A stretch of DNA of 64,000 nucleotides from Burkholderiales bacterium. Its GTDB lineage: Bacteria; Pseudomonadota; Gammaproteobacteria; Burkholderiales; SG8-39. A model generated the notes under the pieces. The model searched no databases and was not told where the DNA came from. It saw nothing but the letters and a program-made list of their open reading frames with translations. Of this stretch, positions 1 to 12,067 are shown in pieces. Within the stretch, counting starts at the first letter, position 1; every line of letters begins with the position of its first letter. The stretch is from contig JBFWRS010000011.1 in assembly GCA_050248795.1 (NCBI GenBank), positions 14,889 through 78,888 on the forward strand. Reading direction: 5' to 3'. The translations under genes were made by a program, and so were the position numbers.

Positions 1-778
1 TGGGCGCAGCACCGGGCGATGGCGGAACATGTCGAAACGCACCGCTTGCAGCTTGTCGAGGATGCGCAGGCCGCCACGGACCGTGACGCGGATCTCCAGT
101 CCGACACGCCCGGGCAGCTCGCGGCCAAGTGGCAGGCCGGCAAGGAGTAGTGCGCGCGTGCGATCGACCTGAAACTCCATCAGTTCCTGCCAGTTCTGAT
201 CGCAATAGCGATCCGCGAGATGCTTCTCGCTGACGCCGAAGCGTGCCATCTCGTCCATGGGCAGGTACACGCGGTCCTTTGCGAAATCGATCCCGGCATC
301 CTGCCAGAAGTTGGCGAGCTGCAGGCCGGTGCAGATCGCATCCGACCAGCGCAGATTCTGCTCGCTCGCACGGCGGAACACCTGCAGCAACAGCCTGCCG
401 ACCGGGTTCGCCGAACGCCGGCAATACTCGAGTACCTCGGCATAGTCCGCGTATCGGTTCTTTACCACGTCCTGCGAGAACGCATCGAGAAGGTCGCGGA
501 ACAACTGGATCGGCAGTGCGTGTTCGTGCACGACGCGGGCAAGGTCGCGGAAGAGGCCGCTCTGTGGCGTTTCGCGGCGCTCGATCCGGCCGAGCTCAGC
601 GCGATAGGCGTCGAGCTTTTCGAGGCGCAGCGCCGGTGGATCGTCGCCTTCATCCGCGAAGTCGTCCGCGCTGCGCGCGAAGCGGTAGATCACCTCGACC
701 GGCGGACGCAACGCGGCCGGCAGCAACAGCGATGCGACGGGAAAATTCTCGTAATGATCGACGGGCAAGGCTTGATCT
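1..778 (-). CDS. hpnC: Squalene/phytoene synthase family protein, HpnC-like (hopanoid pathway). Partial: the 3' end runs off the window.
   Basis: Reverse translation reads ..LPVDHYENFPVASLLLPAALRPPVEVIYRFARSADDFADEG..YCRRSANPVGRLLLQVF..LQLANFWQDAGIDFAKDRVYLP... This has the HpnC-type N-terminus and the NFWQD motif of squalene/phytoene synthases. The TTG start at 778 is inferred. The gene is absent from the ORF track because it has no stop inside the window. Confidence 0.8.
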
Positions 779-827
779 GAAAGGCGTTTCAGGCCTTTCT
801 CGCGGCGGGGCAGAGGTGCTTCGCAGG

Positions 828-833
828 TATAAT
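828..833 (+). promoter_or_regulatory. Candidate -10 box (perfect TATAAT) upstream of tRNA-Leu
   Basis: TATAAT lies 25 nt upstream of the mature tRNA 5' end, in an otherwise GC-rich spacer. No convincing -35 element was seen. Confidence 0.3.
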
Positions 834-857
834 AGCGCCCTTTTTCGACCCGCCTAC

Positions 858-942
858 GCGAAGGTGGCGGAATTGGTAGACGCACTGGATTTAGGTTCCA
901 GCGCCGCGAGGCGTGGGGGTTCGAGTCCCTTCCTTCGCACCA
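858..942 (+). tRNA. tRNA-Leu (anticodon TAG), class II with long variable arm, encoded CCA
   Basis: Acceptor stem gcgaagg/ccttcgc. Anticodon stem ctgga/tccag with loop tttaggt. T-loop ttcgagt. 3' end is acca. Confidence 0.93.
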
Positions 943-968
943 GGGATTGACCGAAAGGATCAAGGCTG

Positions 969-2273
969 ATGGCTGTAAACGTGGAAACGCTGGGCACGCT
1001 GGAGCGACGTCTTTCGATGTCGGTCCCGGCCGAGTCCGTCGAGAAGCAGGTGGACGAACGGCTGAAGAAGCTGGCGCGCAATGTGAAGCTGCCCGGATTC
1101 CGCCCCGGCAAGGTGCCGATGAAGATCGTCGTTGCACAGTACGGGCCGCAAGTGCGCTACGAGGTGCTGGGCGAATCCGTGCAGAAGGCGTTCGCGGACG
1201 CCGTCAGGGAAGCCAATCTGAAGGTGGCGGGTAACCCGAAGATCGAGCCCACGGAAGGCGGCGACAGCGCGGCGATCTCGTTCAGCGCCACGTTCGAGAT
1301 CTATCCCGAGGTGAAGCTCGGCGAGCTTGCAGACAAGACGGTCGAGCGCCCGATCGCGGAGGCTGACGACGCTGCGGTGGACAGGACGATCGAAATCCTG
1401 CGCAAGCAGCGCACCACGTACGAGAAGGTCGAGCGGGCTGCGCAGGAAGGCGATCGCGTGACGCTGGACTTCGAAGGGCAGATCGATGGCCAGACCTTCG
1501 CGGGCGGCAGTGCCAAGGCGTTCGCCTTCGTCCTCGGCGAAGGCCGCATGCTGCCCGAGTTCGAGGCTGCCGCGAAAGGCATGCGGGCCGGCGAGTCAAA
1601 GGCTTTCGACCTTCCTTTTCCGGCGGACTATCACGGCAAGGACGTGGCGGGAAAGACGGCGCAGTTCACGATCAGCGTCGGCGAGGTTGCCGAGCCCAGG
1701 CTGCCGCCCGTAGACGAGGCGTTCGCGAAGTCGCTCGGCGTCGCGGACGGCGACCTGGCCAAGATGCGCAGCGAGGTGAAGGCGAACGTGGAGCGCGAGC
1801 TGAAGAAGCGCGTTGAGTCACGGCTCAAGAACCAGGCCATGCAGGTGTTGCTGGATTCGACTCCGCTCGAGCTGCCGAAATCGCTTGTCGACATGGAGGC
1901 CCAGGCCCTGGTGCAGCGCGCATCCGAGGATCTGAAGGCGCGTGGCATGAGCATCGAAAAGCTGCCGATCGATCCGCAGGCGTTCGAAGCGAGCGCGAAG
2001 CGCCGTGTCGCCCTGGGGCTGATCATCGCCGAACTGTCGCGCGCGGAAAGCCTCCAGCCCAAGCCGCAGCAGGTGCGGGCGATGATCGAGGCGGAGTCGC
2101 AGAGCTACGAGAACCCGGCCGAGGTGGTAAAATGGTTTTACATGCAGCCGCAGCGACTGTCCGAGATGGAAGGTCTGGCGCTCGAGAACAATGTCGTCAG
2201 TTGGGTGCTTGGCAAAGCGAAAGTCATAGACAAGGCTGTTCCCTTCGATGAACTGATGGGGAGCGGCGCATGA
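969..2273 (+). CDS. tig: Trigger factor
   Basis: 434-aa ORF with a trigger-factor-like sequence (N-terminal ribosome-binding region GFRPGKVP, then a central FKBP-type domain). It sits in the conserved position upstream of clpP-clpX-lon. Confidence 0.95.
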   Translation: MAVNVETLGTLERRLSMSVPAESVEKQVDERLKKLARNVKLPGFRPGKVPMKIVVAQYGPQVRYEVLGESVQKAFADAVREANLKVAGNPKIEPTEGGDSAAISFSATFEIYPEVKLGELADKTVERPIAEADDAAVDRTIEILRKQRTTYEKVERAAQEGDRVTLDFEGQIDGQTFAGGSAKAFAFVLGEGRMLPEFEAAAKGMRAGESKAFDLPFPADYHGKDVAGKTAQFTISVGEVAEPRLPPVDEAFAKSLGVADGDLAKMRSEVKANVERELKKRVESRLKNQAMQVLLDSTPLELPKSLVDMEAQALVQRASEDLKARGMSIEKLPIDPQAFEASAKRRVALGLIIAELSRAESLQPKPQQVRAMIEAESQSYENPAEVVKWFYMQPQRLSEMEGLALENNVVSWVLGKAKVIDKAVPFDELMGSGA

Positions 2274-2896
2274 ACTGGCAGAAGAACCTTCCCGACGCCG
2301 AGAACCTCGGCCTGATTCCGATGGTGATAGAACAGTCGGGGCGCGGCGAACGCGCCTACGACATCTATTCGCGCCTGCTGAAGGAACGCGTGGTGTTCCT
2401 GGTCGGACCGGTAACCGAGGTGACGGCCAACCTGATTGTCGCGCAACTGCTGTTCCTCGAGTCGGAAAACCCGGACAAGGACATATTCTTCTACATCAAC
2501 TCGCCGGGTGGTTCGGTATCGGCAGGCCTTGCGGTCTACGACACCATGCAGTTCATCAAGCCGGATGTCTCCACTCTTTGCGTCGGGCAGGCGGCGAGCA
2601 TGGGCGCACTGCTGCTTGCAGCCGGCCAGAAGGAAAAGCGGTTCGTTCTCCCCAACTCGCGCGTGATGATCCACCAGCCGATGGGCGGATTTTCCGGGCA
2701 GGCCTCGGACATCGAGATCCATGCCAGGGAGATCCTGTTCCTGCGCGGACGCCTGAACGAGATCCTCGCCAAGCACACGGGCCAGTCCGTGGATACCATC
2801 GCCCGGGATACCGACCGTGACAACTTCCTGTCGGCCGAGGACGCGGTAAAGTACGGGCTTGTTGACAAGGTCCTGTCGCAACGCGAAACCACGTAA
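2270..2896 (+). CDS. clpP: ATP-dependent Clp protease proteolytic subunit
   Basis: 208 aa with [42 protein letters not shown], the ClpP catalytic Ser/His context. Its ATG overlaps the tig stop (ATGA). Confidence 0.97.
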   Translation: MNWQKNLPDAENLGLIPMVIEQSGRGERAYDIYSRLLKERVVFLVGPVTEVTANLIVAQLLFLESENPDKDIFFYINSPGGSVSAGLAVYDTMQFIKPDVSTLCVGQAASMGALLLAAGQKEKRFVLPNSRVMIHQPMGGFSGQASDIEIHAREILFLRGRLNEILAKHTGQSVDTIARDTDRDNFLSAEDAVKYGLVDKVLSQRETT

Positions 2897-2908
2897 GAGG
2901 GGCGCTGA

Positions 2909-4180
2909 ATGTCGGAAAAGAGTTCTTCTGGCGAGAAACTGCTGTACTGCTCGTTCTGCGGCAAGAGCCAGCATGAAGTGCGCAAGCTCATTGCCGGGCC
3001 ATCGGTATTCATCTGCGACGAGTGCATCGAACTCTGCAATGACATCATCCGCGAGGAAACTGCGGGCGACAAAGGTGGCAAGGGCGCGAAGTCCGACCTG
3101 CCTACGCCGCACGAGATCCGCAACATCCTCGACCAGTACGTCATAGGCCAGGACCAGGCGAAGAAGATCCTTTCCGTAGCGGTCTACAACCACTACAAGC
3201 GGCTGAAGCACCTGTCGAAGAACGACGATGTTGAACTGGCGAAGTCCAACATCCTCCTCATCGGACCGACCGGTTCCGGCAAGACCCTGCTCGCGCAGAC
3301 GCTCGCCCGGTTGCTGAACGTGCCGTTCGTGATCGCGGACGCGACCACGCTCACGGAGGCAGGGTACGTCGGCGAGGATGTGGAGAACATCATCCAGAAG
3401 CTGCTGCAGAACTGCGACTACGACGTCGACAAGGCCAAGCGCGGCATCGTCTACATCGACGAGATAGACAAGATCTCGAGGAAATCCGACAACCCGTCGA
3501 TCACCCGGGACGTTTCCGGCGAGGGCGTGCAGCAGGCCCTGCTGAAGCTGATCGAAGGAACCATCGCATCGGTGCCGCCGCAGGGCGGTCGCAAGCATCC
3601 GAACCAGGACTTCGTGCAGGTCGACACGACCAATATCCTCTTCGTCTGCGGAGGCGCGTTCGATGGCCTGGAGCGCATCGTGCGCAATCGCACGGAGAAG
3701 AGCGGCATCGGGTTCGGCGCCGAGGTGCGCAGCCCGACGAATGCCAAGGCAACCTACGACATGCTGAAGAGCGTGGAGCCGGAGGACCTTATCAAGTACG
3801 GGCTGATCCCGGAATTCGTCGGGCGGATGCCGGTCGTTGCGGCGCTGGAGGAACTCAACGAAAGCGCGCTGATCCAGATCCTGACGGAGCCGAAGAACGC
3901 GCTGCTCAAGCAGTACCAGCGCCTGTTCCTGATGGAAGGGGTCGAACTCGAGGTGCGTCCTGCCGCGCTTGCGGCTGTCTCGAGGAAAGCACTGGCACGC
4001 AAGACCGGTGCGCGCGGGCTGCGCTCGATTCTCGAAGCGGTGCTGCTGGACACCATGTATGAACTTCCGACGCTGGAGAATGTCAGCAAGGTAGTCGTCG
4101 ACGAAGCCATGATTGCCGCTGATGGGAAGCCGCTCCTCATTTACTCCGACCAGCCGAAGGTCGCAGGCAGCGCCGGTTAA
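2909..4180 (+). CDS. clpX: ATP-dependent Clp protease ATP-binding subunit ClpX
   Basis: 423 aa. N-terminal zinc ribbon [13 protein letters not shown] and Walker A GPTGSGKT. It is ClpX-like throughout. Confidence 0.97.
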   Translation: MSEKSSSGEKLLYCSFCGKSQHEVRKLIAGPSVFICDECIELCNDIIREETAGDKGGKGAKSDLPTPHEIRNILDQYVIGQDQAKKILSVAVYNHYKRLKHLSKNDDVELAKSNILLIGPTGSGKTLLAQTLARLLNVPFVIADATTLTEAGYVGEDVENIIQKLLQNCDYDVDKAKRGIVYIDEIDKISRKSDNPSITRDVSGEGVQQALLKLIEGTIASVPPQGGRKHPNQDFVQVDTTNILFVCGGAFDGLERIVRNRTEKSGIGFGAEVRSPTNAKATYDMLKSVEPEDLIKYGLIPEFVGRMPVVAALEELNESALIQILTEPKNALLKQYQRLFLMEGVELEVRPAALAAVSRKALARKTGARGLRSILEAVLLDTMYELPTLENVSKVVVDEAMIAADGKPLLIYSDQPKVAGSAG

Positions 4181-4309
4181 GGCACGGCAAGACGGCCGTA
4201 CGGCGCATTGCGGCACCTGCCGCTTGCGTGTACCCTTTTGATTAAGAGCAGGAAATCCGGTTTTGCCGGATGAGTTTGCCAGTGCTTCGACCGCCACAGA
4301 GGATGCCCA

Positions 4310-6736
4310 ATGTCCGACCTGCCTGAACCCTCCACCAGCCAGTACCCCCTGCTTCCCCTGCGGGACGTGGTGGTGTTTCCGCACATGGTGATTCCGCTGT
4401 TCGTCGGACGGCCGAAGTCCATCAAGGCGATGGAAACCGCGATGGAGATCGGCAAGTCGATCCTTCTCGTGGCGCAGAAATCGGCTGCGAAGGACGATCC
4501 AGGCCCGCAGGACATGTACGAGATCGGCTGCGTATCCTCGATCCTGCAGATGCTCAAGCTCCCGGATGGGACCGTGAAGGTGCTTGTCGAGGGCGGCAGT
4601 CGCGCACGCCTGTCCGGCATCGCCGACCTGAAGACGCATTGGGTTGCAGACGGCAGCCTGATACCGGCCGATCCGGACCCCGTGCCGGAGGTTGAGGCGA
4701 TGCGCCGTGCGCTGCTCTCGGCCTTCGACCAGTACGTCAAGCTCAACAAGAAGATCCCGCCCGAGATCCTCACTTCATTGGCCGGCATCGACGAAGCCGG
4801 AAGGCTCGCCGACACCGTCGCCGCCCACCTGCCGCTCAAGCTGGAGCAGAAGCAGCAGGTGCTGGAGATGTTCGACGTCAAGGCACGCCTGGAACATCTG
4901 CTGTCCCAGCTCGAGACCGAGATCGACATCCTCCAGGTAGAAAAGCGCATCCGCGGCCGCGTCAAGCGGCAGATGGAGAAGAGCCAGCGCGAGTACTACC
5001 TCAACGAGCAGGTGAAGGCGATCCAGAAGGAACTGGGCGAGGGCGAAGAGGGCGCGGACCTCGAGGAGATGGACAAGAAGATCAAGCGTGCGCACATGCC
5101 CAAGGACGCGCGCAAGAAGGCCGATGCGGAGTTCAAGAAGCTCAAGCTGATGTCCCCGATGTCGGCAGAAGCCACCGTGGTGCGCAATTACATCGAGACC
5201 CTCGTAAACCTGCCGTGGCGCAAGAAGTCTAAGATCTCCAAGGACATCAAGGCTGCGCAGGCGGTGCTGGACAAGGACCACTACGGACTAGAGAAGGTCA
5301 AGGAACGCATCGTCGAGTACCTGGCGGTACAGAGCCGCGTGGACAAGATGAAGGCGCCGATCCTGTGCCTGGTGGGTCCGCCGGGAGTGGGCAAGACGTC
5401 GCTCGGCCAGTCGATCGCGAAGGCGACAAACCGCAAGTTCGTGCGCATGTCCCTCGGGGGGGTACGCGACGAAGCCGAGGTCCGCGGCCACCGCAGGACG
5501 TACATCGGCTCGATGCCGGGCAAGATCCTGCAGAACATGACCAAGGTCCAGGTGCGCAATCCGCTCTTCCTGCTCGACGAAGTCGACAAGATGGGCATGG
5601 ACTGGCGCGGCGATCCGTCGTCCGCGCTGCTCGAGGTGCTCGATCCGGAGCAGAACCACACTTTCGTCGACCACTACGTCGAGGTCGAGTACGACCTGTC
5701 CGAGGTGATGTTCGTCGCTACCGCCAACACGTTGAACATCCCGCCGGCGCTGGCTGACAGGATGGAGGTGATCCGCCTGTCCGGGTACACCGAGGACGAG
5801 AAGCTCAATATTGCCGTGCGCTACCTGCTGCCGAAGCAGAAGACGAACTCCGGCCTCAAGGAAGGGGAGCTGGGCGTCACCGAGGCCGCGATCCGCGACA
5901 TCGTGCGTTACTACACGCGCGAGGCGGGGGTGCGCAGTTTGGAGCGCGAGCTGTCGAAGATCTGCCGCAAGGCGGTCAAGCAGCTGCTGACCGACAAGCA
6001 GGAAGGCGAAGGAAAGGTCAGGCGGATAAACGTCACGCCACGCAATCTCGACAAGTATCTTGGCGTGCGCAAGTACACCTTCGGCGTCGCTGAGAAGGAA
6101 AATCAGGTCGGGCAGGTGACCGGCCTCGCGTGGACCGAGGTCGGCGGCGAGTTGCTGACGATAGAGACGGTGACCATGCCGGGCAAGGGCAAGACGATCA
6201 CGACGGGCAAGCTGGGTGACGTCATGCAGGAGTCGATCCAGGCTGCGCTGTCGGTCGTGCGCAACCGTTCTCGACGCCTGGGTGTGAACGAGGACTTCTA
6301 CCAGAAGAACGATATCCACATCCACCTCCCGGAGGGCGCGACGCCCAAGGACGGTCCCAGCGCGGGTATCGGCATCTGCACGGCGATGGTTTCCGTGCTC
6401 ACCGGCATTCCGGTGCGGGCCGACGTCGCAATGACCGGCGAGATCACGCTGCGAGGCGAGGTGCTGGCGATCGGCGGACTGAAGGAGAAGCTGCTGGCAG
6501 CCCATCGCGGCACGATCAAGACCGTGCTGATTCCCCAGGAGAACGTGAAGGACCTGGTGGACATCCCCGACAACGTCAAGAATCGGCTGGAGATCATCCC
6601 GGTGAAATGGATAGACCAGGTGCTCGAGATCGCGCTGGAGCGACAGCCGGAGCCACTGCCGGAGGCCGTAGCGGCACCGCTGCCAGCCGCAACGCCGGAC
6701 GACAAGGGCGCGGTGCAGCCTGCCGTGAAGCACTGA
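4310..6736 (+). CDS. lon: Lon protease
   Basis: 808 aa with an N-terminal LON domain, Walker [10 protein letters not shown], and the C-terminal protease motif PKDGPSAG. Confidence 0.97.
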   Translation: MSDLPEPSTSQYPLLPLRDVVVFPHMVIPLFVGRPKSIKAMETAMEIGKSILLVAQKSAAKDDPGPQDMYEIGCVSSILQMLKLPDGTVKVLVEGGSRARLSGIADLKTHWVADGSLIPADPDPVPEVEAMRRALLSAFDQYVKLNKKIPPEILTSLAGIDEAGRLADTVAAHLPLKLEQKQQVLEMFDVKARLEHLLSQLETEIDILQVEKRIRGRVKRQMEKSQREYYLNEQVKAIQKELGEGEEGADLEEMDKKIKRAHMPKDARKKADAEFKKLKLMSPMSAEATVVRNYIETLVNLPWRKKSKISKDIKAAQAVLDKDHYGLEKVKERIVEYLAVQSRVDKMKAPILCLVGPPGVGKTSLGQSIAKATNRKFVRMSLGGVRDEAEVRGHRRTYIGSMPGKILQNMTKVQVRNPLFLLDEVDKMGMDWRGDPSSALLEVLDPEQNHTFVDHYVEVEYDLSEVMFVATANTLNIPPALADRMEVIRLSGYTEDEKLNIAVRYLLPKQKTNSGLKEGELGVTEAAIRDIVRYYTREAGVRSLERELSKICRKAVKQLLTDKQEGEGKVRRINVTPRNLDKYLGVRKYTFGVAEKENQVGQVTGLAWTEVGGELLTIETVTMPGKGKTITTGKLGDVMQESIQAALSVVRNRSRRLGVNEDFYQKNDIHIHLPEGATPKDGPSAGIGICTAMVSVLTGIPVRADVAMTGEITLRGEVLAIGGLKEKLLAAHRGTIKTVLIPQENVKDLVDIPDNVKNRLEIIPVKWIDQVLEIALERQPEPLPEAVAAPLPAATPDDKGAVQPAVKH

Positions 6737-6747
6737 GGGGGACGGAC

Positions 6748-7020
6748 TTGAACAAGGCCGAGTTGATCGAGCATATTGCGCAGTCCGCTGACATCTCCCG
6801 CTCAGCGGCGGAACGAGCGGTGGATGCGCTGGTCGTCGCGGTGAAGGCGAGCCTGAAAACGGGCGATACCGTCACGCTCGCGGGGTTCGGCACGTTCCAC
6901 GCGAGCAGGCGCGAGGCACGCAAGGGACGCAATCCACGTACCGGTGCGGAGATCAGCATCGAGGCGGCCACGGTGCCGAAGTTCCGCGCTGGCCGAGCCC
7001 TGCGGGATGCGCTAAACTAG
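6748..7020 (+). CDS. hupB: DNA-binding protein HU-beta
   Basis: 90 aa, (M)[10 protein letters not shown]...GFGTF...[14 protein letters not shown], a canonical HU sequence. TTG start with the GAGGGGGA RBS upstream. The track ORF 6607..7020 starts too early, inside lon. Confidence 0.92.
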   Translation: MNKAELIEHIAQSADISRSAAERAVDALVVAVKASLKTGDTVTLAGFGTFHASRREARKGRNPRTGAEISIEAATVPKFRAGRALRDALN

Positions 7021-7048
7021 CGCCCCTTTTGCGTTGCTCTGACTACAA

Positions 7049-7124
7049 GGGTGCTTAGCTCAGCTGGCAGAGCGCCGCCCTTACAAGGCGGATGTCGGGA
7101 GTTCGACCCTCTCAGCACCCACCA
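7049..7124 (+). tRNA. tRNA-Val (anticodon TAC), encoded CCA
   Basis: Acceptor stem gggtgct/agcaccc. Anticodon stem ccgcc/ggcgg with loop cttacaa. T-loop ttcgacc. Confidence 0.93.
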
Positions 7125-7148
7125 AAGGTTGATCGAAGCAGGGAAGCT

Positions 7149-7225
7149 GGAGCGGTAGTTCAGTTGGTTAGAATACCGGCCTGTCACGCCGGGGGTCGCG
7201 GGTTCGAGTCCCGTCCGCTCCGCCA
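7149..7225 (+). tRNA. tRNA-Asp (anticodon GTC), encoded CCA
   Basis: Acceptor stem ggagcgg/ccgctcc. Anticodon stem ccggc/gccgg with loop ctgtcac. T-loop ttcgagt. Confidence 0.93.
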
Positions 7226-7232
7226 GCATTCC

Positions 7233-7256
7233 AAGGGCCCTTGCGGGCCTTTTTTC
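7233..7256 (+). terminator. Rho-independent terminator after the tRNA-Val/tRNA-Asp pair
   Basis: GC stem aagggccc/gggccttt with loop ttgc, followed by a T6 run. Confidence 0.7.
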
Positions 7257-7281
7257 GTATAGAGACCGGTTCTCACGATCG

Positions 7282-9141
7282 ATGTCCATATTCGACTTAG
7301 TCGAGCGAAACAAGCGGCTCATCCAGATCCTGATGGTGCTGATCGCCATCACGTTCGTCACCTGGGGCCTGGAGTCGTATACGCGCGGCCCCTCCGTGAG
7401 CACTGTCGCGACCGTGAACGGCGCGAAGATCTCCGAGCGTGAGTTCAGCGAGGAACTGCGGCGCCAGCAGGAGCAGTTGCGTGCGGTGGTGGGTCGGGAC
7501 TTCGACCTTTCCGCGATGGATACGCCCGAGGCGCGCTCGGTGGTGCTGGATTCGATGATCTCGCGGCGCCTGGTCGCGAGCGAGGCAGTTGGTGCGAACC
7601 TTATCGTCGACGATGAAGCGCTGCGCGAGACGATCCTGTCGATTCCGGCGTTCCAGGTCGGAGGCAGCTTCTCCCGGGAGCAGTACGAGGCGGTGCTGCG
7701 AGCGCAAGGTCAGACGCCGGCAAGTTTTGAAGCCACGCTGCGCTACGACATGTCGGTGGGGCAGCTTACCCGTGCGGTGGCCGAGACAGCCATCCAGCCG
7801 CGTGCGCTGGCCGAACGCATTGCACGACTGGAGGGCCAGGGGCGCGAAGTGCAGGAGGCACTGATTCCGGCGACGCAGTTCGCCGCCGAGGTTCAGGTCG
7901 ACGAGGCGCAGGTGAAGTCCTACTACGAGGCCAACCAGGACGAGTTCCGTACCCCCGAGCGTGTGCGTGCAGAGTTTCTGGTTCTGTCAGCGGACGAGAT
8001 TGGTGCGGCGATCCCACCCAGCGAAGAAGAGGTGAAAAAGGCCTACGAGGCGAGGGCAAGCCAGTATCAGGTTCCCGAGCAGCGGCGTGCCAGCCACATC
8101 CTCGTGAAGACCCGCGAGGAAGCTGATCGCCTGCTCGCCGAGGCCAGGCAGTCGCCGCAGCGGTTCGCGGAACTGGCGAAGAAGCACTCGCAGGACAGTG
8201 GTTCGGCGGAGCAGGGGGGGGACCTCGGCTTTTTCGCCCGGGGCATGATGGTGAAGCCCTTCGAGGACGCGGTCTTCGCAGGCAAGGAGGGCGAGACGCT
8301 CGGTCCGGTCGAGAGCGAGTTCGGCCACCATGTGATTCGCATCACCGGCATCCAGGCCGCCAAGGCAAGGCCGCTGGAGGAGGTGCGCGCACAGATCGTC
8401 GCCGAGATCGGCAGGCAGGCAGGGATCCGGAAGTTCGCCGAGGTCGCCGAGCAGTTCAGCAATCTGGTCTACGAGCAGTCCGACAGCCTGCAGCCGGCGG
8501 GGGAAAAGCTGAAGCTCAAGTTGCAGACCAGCGACTGGGTTTCGAGGACGGCCGCGCCGGACGCCGGCGTATTCGCCAACCCGAAACTGCTCGCCGCCTT
8601 GTTTTCGGACGACGCGCTGAAGGCCAGGCGCAACACCGACGCCATAGAGGTGGCGACCAATACGCTGGTGTCAGCGAGGGTAGCGGAACACCAGCCCGCG
8701 GCCTTGCGTCCGCTCGAGGAGGTGAAGGCGGAGATCGAGCGCAAGCTGCGAAATCGCGCTGCTGCGGCGCTTGCGCACAAGGCGGGCGCAGCGAAGCTGG
8801 AGGAGCTTGCGAAGGGCGGCGACGCAGGCCTGAAGTGGTCGCTGCCGAAGACGGTTTCGCGACGGCAGTCCACGGACATGTCGCCGGATGCCCTCAGGAA
8901 GGTGTTTTCCGTCGACCCCGCCAAAGTGCCGGCTCATTTCGGCGTCGCTCAGGACGACGGCTACCGCCTGTACCGGATCGCCAGGCTCTTGCCGCTTGAG
9001 CCGCGCAAGGACGAGGAGCGCAAGGCAGGTCTCGTCAATGCAGAGCGCCAGGCCGGTGCGGAGCAGTATCAGGCGTACGTGGAGGCGCTGCGCCTGCGCG
9101 CCGACATCGACGTCAACAAGCCGGCGCTGGAGAAGCGCTAG
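7282..9141 (+). CDS. ppiD: Periplasmic chaperone / peptidyl-prolyl isomerase PpiD
   Basis: 619 aa with an N-terminal membrane anchor (LIQILMVLIAITFVTWG) and a central parvulin domain (RRASHILV..GGDLGFF..FGHHVIRI). Conserved position after hupB. Confidence 0.9.
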   Translation: MSIFDLVERNKRLIQILMVLIAITFVTWGLESYTRGPSVSTVATVNGAKISEREFSEELRRQQEQLRAVVGRDFDLSAMDTPEARSVVLDSMISRRLVASEAVGANLIVDDEALRETILSIPAFQVGGSFSREQYEAVLRAQGQTPASFEATLRYDMSVGQLTRAVAETAIQPRALAERIARLEGQGREVQEALIPATQFAAEVQVDEAQVKSYYEANQDEFRTPERVRAEFLVLSADEIGAAIPPSEEEVKKAYEARASQYQVPEQRRASHILVKTREEADRLLAEARQSPQRFAELAKKHSQDSGSAEQGGDLGFFARGMMVKPFEDAVFAGKEGETLGPVESEFGHHVIRITGIQAAKARPLEEVRAQIVAEIGRQAGIRKFAEVAEQFSNLVYEQSDSLQPAGEKLKLKLQTSDWVSRTAAPDAGVFANPKLLAALFSDDALKARRNTDAIEVATNTLVSARVAEHQPAALRPLEEVKAEIERKLRNRAAAALAHKAGAAKLEELAKGGDAGLKWSLPKTVSRRQSTDMSPDALRKVFSVDPAKVPAHFGVAQDDGYRLYRIARLLPLEPRKDEERKAGLVNAERQAGAEQYQAYVEALRLRADIDVNKPALEKR

Positions 9142-9147
9142 CGCGTC

Positions 9148-9957
9148 TCAGTCCGCCGCAACACCATTGCCGGTGGCACCTATGCCGCCGACCACGTGGT
9201 GAAACCCGGCATCGACATACACCACCTCGGCGGTGATTCCCGCGGCGAGGTCCGATAGCAGGAACGCGGCTGCGTTGCCGACATCTTCGGTGGTGACATT
9301 GCGCTTCAGCGGTGCGTGTTCCTCGACGAACCTGAGTATCTTCGAGAAACCCGCGATCCCGGCAGCGGCCAATGTCTTGATCGGACCCGCGGAGATCGCG
9401 TTCACGCGGATCCCGTCGCGTCCGAGGTGGGCGGCGAGGTAGCGCACCGAGGCCTCGAGGCTGGCTTTCGCCAGGCCCATGGTGTTGTAGTTGGGCACGA
9501 CACGCTCGGCGCCCAGATACGTGAGCGTCAGCAGCGACGCGCGCCGCCCCTGCATCATCGGCAGCGCGGCCTTCGCCAGCGCTGGAAAGCTGTAGGCGGA
9601 TATGTCATGCGCCTGACGAAAGGCCTCGCGCGACAGGCCGTCGAGAAAATCCCCGGCGATCGCTTCGCGCGGTGCGAACGCGATCGCGTGCACCAGGCCG
9701 TCCAGCCCGTCCCAGCGTGCTGCAAGCGAGGCGAACAGCGAGGCGATCTCGCCGTCGTTACCGACGTCGCAGGGGAGCACGATGTCGGAGCCGAATTCGC
9801 CTGCCATGCCGGTGACGCGCTCCTTGAAGCGCTCTCCCACATAGGTGAATGCGAGTTCCGCGCCTTCGCGATGCGCCGCACGCGCGATGCCATAGGCGAT
9901 CGACCGGTTTGACAGCAGGCCGGTAACGAGGATTTTCTTGCCGGAGAGGAATCCCAT
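9148..9957 (-). CDS. fabI: Enoyl-[acyl-carrier-protein] reductase (NADH) FabI
   Basis: [51 protein letters not shown]. Only the 3' 810 nt of track ORF 9148..11187 belongs to this gene. Confidence 0.93.
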   Translation of the reverse strand: MGFLSGKKILVTGLLSNRSIAYGIARAAHREGAELAFTYVGERFKERVTGMAGEFGSDIVLPCDVGNDGEIASLFASLAARWDGLDGLVHAIAFAPREAIAGDFLDGLSREAFRQAHDISAYSFPALAKAALPMMQGRRASLLTLTYLGAERVVPNYNTMGLAKASLEASVRYLAAHLGRDGIRVNAISAGPIKTLAAAGIAGFSKILRFVEEHAPLKRNVTTEDVGNAAAFLLSDLAAGITAEVVYVDAGFHHVVGGIGATGNGVAAD

Positions 9958-9978
9958 CGGCGGATTATACTTTCCGGC

Positions 9979-12066
9979 ATGCGGATGCTGTTCCTGGTCG
10001 TGCTGTGCCTCGCTGGATGCGGCGAGGTCTGGAACGATCCGTATCCGGTGGCGGAGCGCGGCAGCAACACCATGTACTCCGCATTCACCGAGCGGCCAAA
10101 GCACCTCGACCCCGCGCAGTCCTACACTTCGGACGAGGCGCTCTTCACGCGCCAGGTGTACGAGCCGCCGCTGCAGTACCACTACCTGAAGCGGCCTTAT
10201 GAACTGATTCCGCTGGTTGCGGCATCGATGCCACAGGTGGCCGAGCAGGACGGTGGGCGTTTCACGCAGTACGAGATTCGCATCCGGCCGGGAATCCGGT
10301 TCCAGCCGCACCCGGGCTTCGTCCCGGCCAACCTGTCGCTGGAACGTACGCATATCGACAGGCTGCGTAGCCCGTACGAACTGCAGACCGGCACGCGTGA
10401 ACTGCTGGCCGACGACTTCATCTACCAGATCAAGCGCCTTGCGCACCCGCGGCTGCACTCGCCGATCTTCGGATTGATGAGCGAGTACATCGTCGGGCTG
10501 GATGACCTGGCGACGCGCCTCAAGGCGGCCGCCGATTCCATGCCCGTGGATGCCTGGCTGGATCTGCGCGAGTTCCCGCTCGAGGGGGTCGAGCGCGTCG
10601 ATGCGCACACCTACAGGATTATGCTCAAGGGGCGGTATCCGCAGTTCTCGTACTGGCTGGCGATGCCGTTTTTCGCCCCCATTCCCTGGGAGGCAGAGAA
10701 GTTCTTTGAGCAACCCGGCATGGCGGAGAAGAACTTCACGCTCGACTGGTGGCCGGTGGGTACCGGCCCCTACATGCTGACCGAGAACGATCCCAACTCG
10801 CGCATGGTGCTGTCGCGCAATCCGAACTTCCGCGGCGAGCCCTATCCTGATTCGGGCGATGCGGGGGATGCCGAAGCGGGACTGCTCGCAGACGCCGGAA
10901 GGACCATGCCTTTCATCGACCGCATCGCCTTCAGCCGCGAGAAGGAAGCCATCCCTTACTGGAACAAGTTCCTGCAGGGCTACTATGACTCGTCCGGGAT
11001 TGCGTCGGACAACTTCGACCAGGCGGTGCGGATCTCGATAGAAGGCGACACGACCGTCACCCCCGAGATGCAGGCGCGTGGCATCCGCTTGCAGACCACG
11101 GTGGCGCCCACGGTCTACTACTTCGGCTTCAACATGCTCGATCCGGTAGTCGGCGGCAGTTCCGATCGGGCGCGCTTGCTGCGGCACGCGCTGGCGGTCG
11201 CCGTCGATGTGGAGGAGTACCTTTCAATCTTCGCCAATGGCCGCGGCGTCGCCGCGCACGGACCGCTGGCGCCCGGCATATTCGGCTACCGGGAGGGTCA
11301 GGCCGGGATCAATCCGGTCACGCATGAATGGGTCAAAGGCCGTGCGCAGCGCCGGACGCTGGAGCACGCGCGCGCCTTGCTCGCCCGCGCGGGCTACCCG
11401 GACGGCCGGGATGCGAGTACCGGTGCGCCACTGGTGCTGTACCTCGACACCACCTCGAGGGGGCCCGGCGACAAGGCGCGCTTCGACTGGTGGCGCAAGC
11501 AGTTCGCCAAGCTGTCCGTGCAGCTCGAAGTCCGCGACACCGACTGGAACCGCTTCCAGGAGAAGATACGCAAGGGCAGCCAGCAGATCTACATCCTCGG
11601 CTGGAACGCCGACTACCCGGACCCCGAAAACTTCCTGTTCCTGCTGCATGGGCCGCAATCGCGTGCGCGGACGCAGGGCGAGAACAGCTCCAACTACGCC
11701 AATCCGGCGTACGACGCGCTGTTCGAGCAGGTGCGTCACATGCCGAACTCACCGGAGCGGCAGCGGCTGATCGACCGCATGCTGGATATCGTCCGCGCGG
11801 ATGCGCCGTGGATGTTCGGCTTTCATCCAAAGGACTTCAGCCTGTCGCACGCCTGGGTGGCGAACGGAAAGCCGAACAACATGGCGGGCAACACGCTGAA
11901 GTACCTGCGGATCGATTCAGCCCGGCGCGACGAGATGCGCGCCGAGTGGAACCGGCCGGTGTGGTTTCCGCTCGTCCTGATCGCCGGGTTGCTGGCAGCC
12001 AGCGTCGTGCCTGCCGTTCTGGGGTACCGGCGGCGTGAGCGCATGGCTGCTCGCCCCGCAAGCTGA
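9979..12066 (+). CDS. ABC transporter substrate-binding protein, family 5 (peptide/opine/nickel, YejA-like); lipoprotein with an extra C-terminal hydrophobic segment
   Basis: 695 aa. Lipobox LAGC at residues 11-14. Family-5 SBP-like body. The C-terminus [28 protein letters not shown] looks like a TM anchor. It is followed by two permeases and a double ATPase. Confidence 0.8.
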   Translation: MRMLFLVVLCLAGCGEVWNDPYPVAERGSNTMYSAFTERPKHLDPAQSYTSDEALFTRQVYEPPLQYHYLKRPYELIPLVAASMPQVAEQDGGRFTQYEIRIRPGIRFQPHPGFVPANLSLERTHIDRLRSPYELQTGTRELLADDFIYQIKRLAHPRLHSPIFGLMSEYIVGLDDLATRLKAAADSMPVDAWLDLREFPLEGVERVDAHTYRIMLKGRYPQFSYWLAMPFFAPIPWEAEKFFEQPGMAEKNFTLDWWPVGTGPYMLTENDPNSRMVLSRNPNFRGEPYPDSGDAGDAEAGLLADAGRTMPFIDRIAFSREKEAIPYWNKFLQGYYDSSGIASDNFDQAVRISIEGDTTVTPEMQARGIRLQTTVAPTVYYFGFNMLDPVVGGSSDRARLLRHALAVAVDVEEYLSIFANGRGVAAHGPLAPGIFGYREGQAGINPVTHEWVKGRAQRRTLEHARALLARAGYPDGRDASTGAPLVLYLDTTSRGPGDKARFDWWRKQFAKLSVQLEVRDTDWNRFQEKIRKGSQQIYILGWNADYPDPENFLFLLHGPQSRARTQGENSSNYANPAYDALFEQVRHMPNSPERQRLIDRMLDIVRADAPWMFGFHPKDFSLSHAWVANGKPNNMAGNTLKYLRIDSARRDEMRAEWNRPVWFPLVLIAGLLAASVVPAVLGYRRRERMAARPAS

Positions 12067-12067
12067 G

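Noticed and set aside
220-780. 186-aa plus-strand ORF at the window start
   Set aside because: The opposite strand encodes an HpnC-type squalene synthase with diagnostic motifs, so the plus-strand ORF is the antisense shadow.
4195-4204. Palindrome GCCGTACGGC after clpX, considered as a terminator
   Set aside because: It has no loop and no downstream T-tract. clpX and lon are frequently co-transcribed or separately promoted without a strong terminator.
2138-4639. 833-aa minus-strand ORF spanning clpP and clpX
   Set aside because: It lies antisense to two unmistakable housekeeping genes. Its sequence is low-complexity and Arg/Ala/Leu-rich, which is typical of stop-free antisense frames in GC-rich DNA.
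8214-8221. G8 homopolymer inside ppiD (similar G7 runs at about 5456 in lon and about 16908), considered as a phase-variation tract
   Set aside because: The reading frames are intact. These are essential or housekeeping genes, and the runs simply encode Gly-Gly in a GC-rich genome. I flag them only as possible sequencing-error hotspots.
9958-11187. 5' extension of the fabI ORF to 679 aa
   Set aside because: The FabI homology begins at the internal Met (9957). The extension is antisense to the substrate-binding protein gene.
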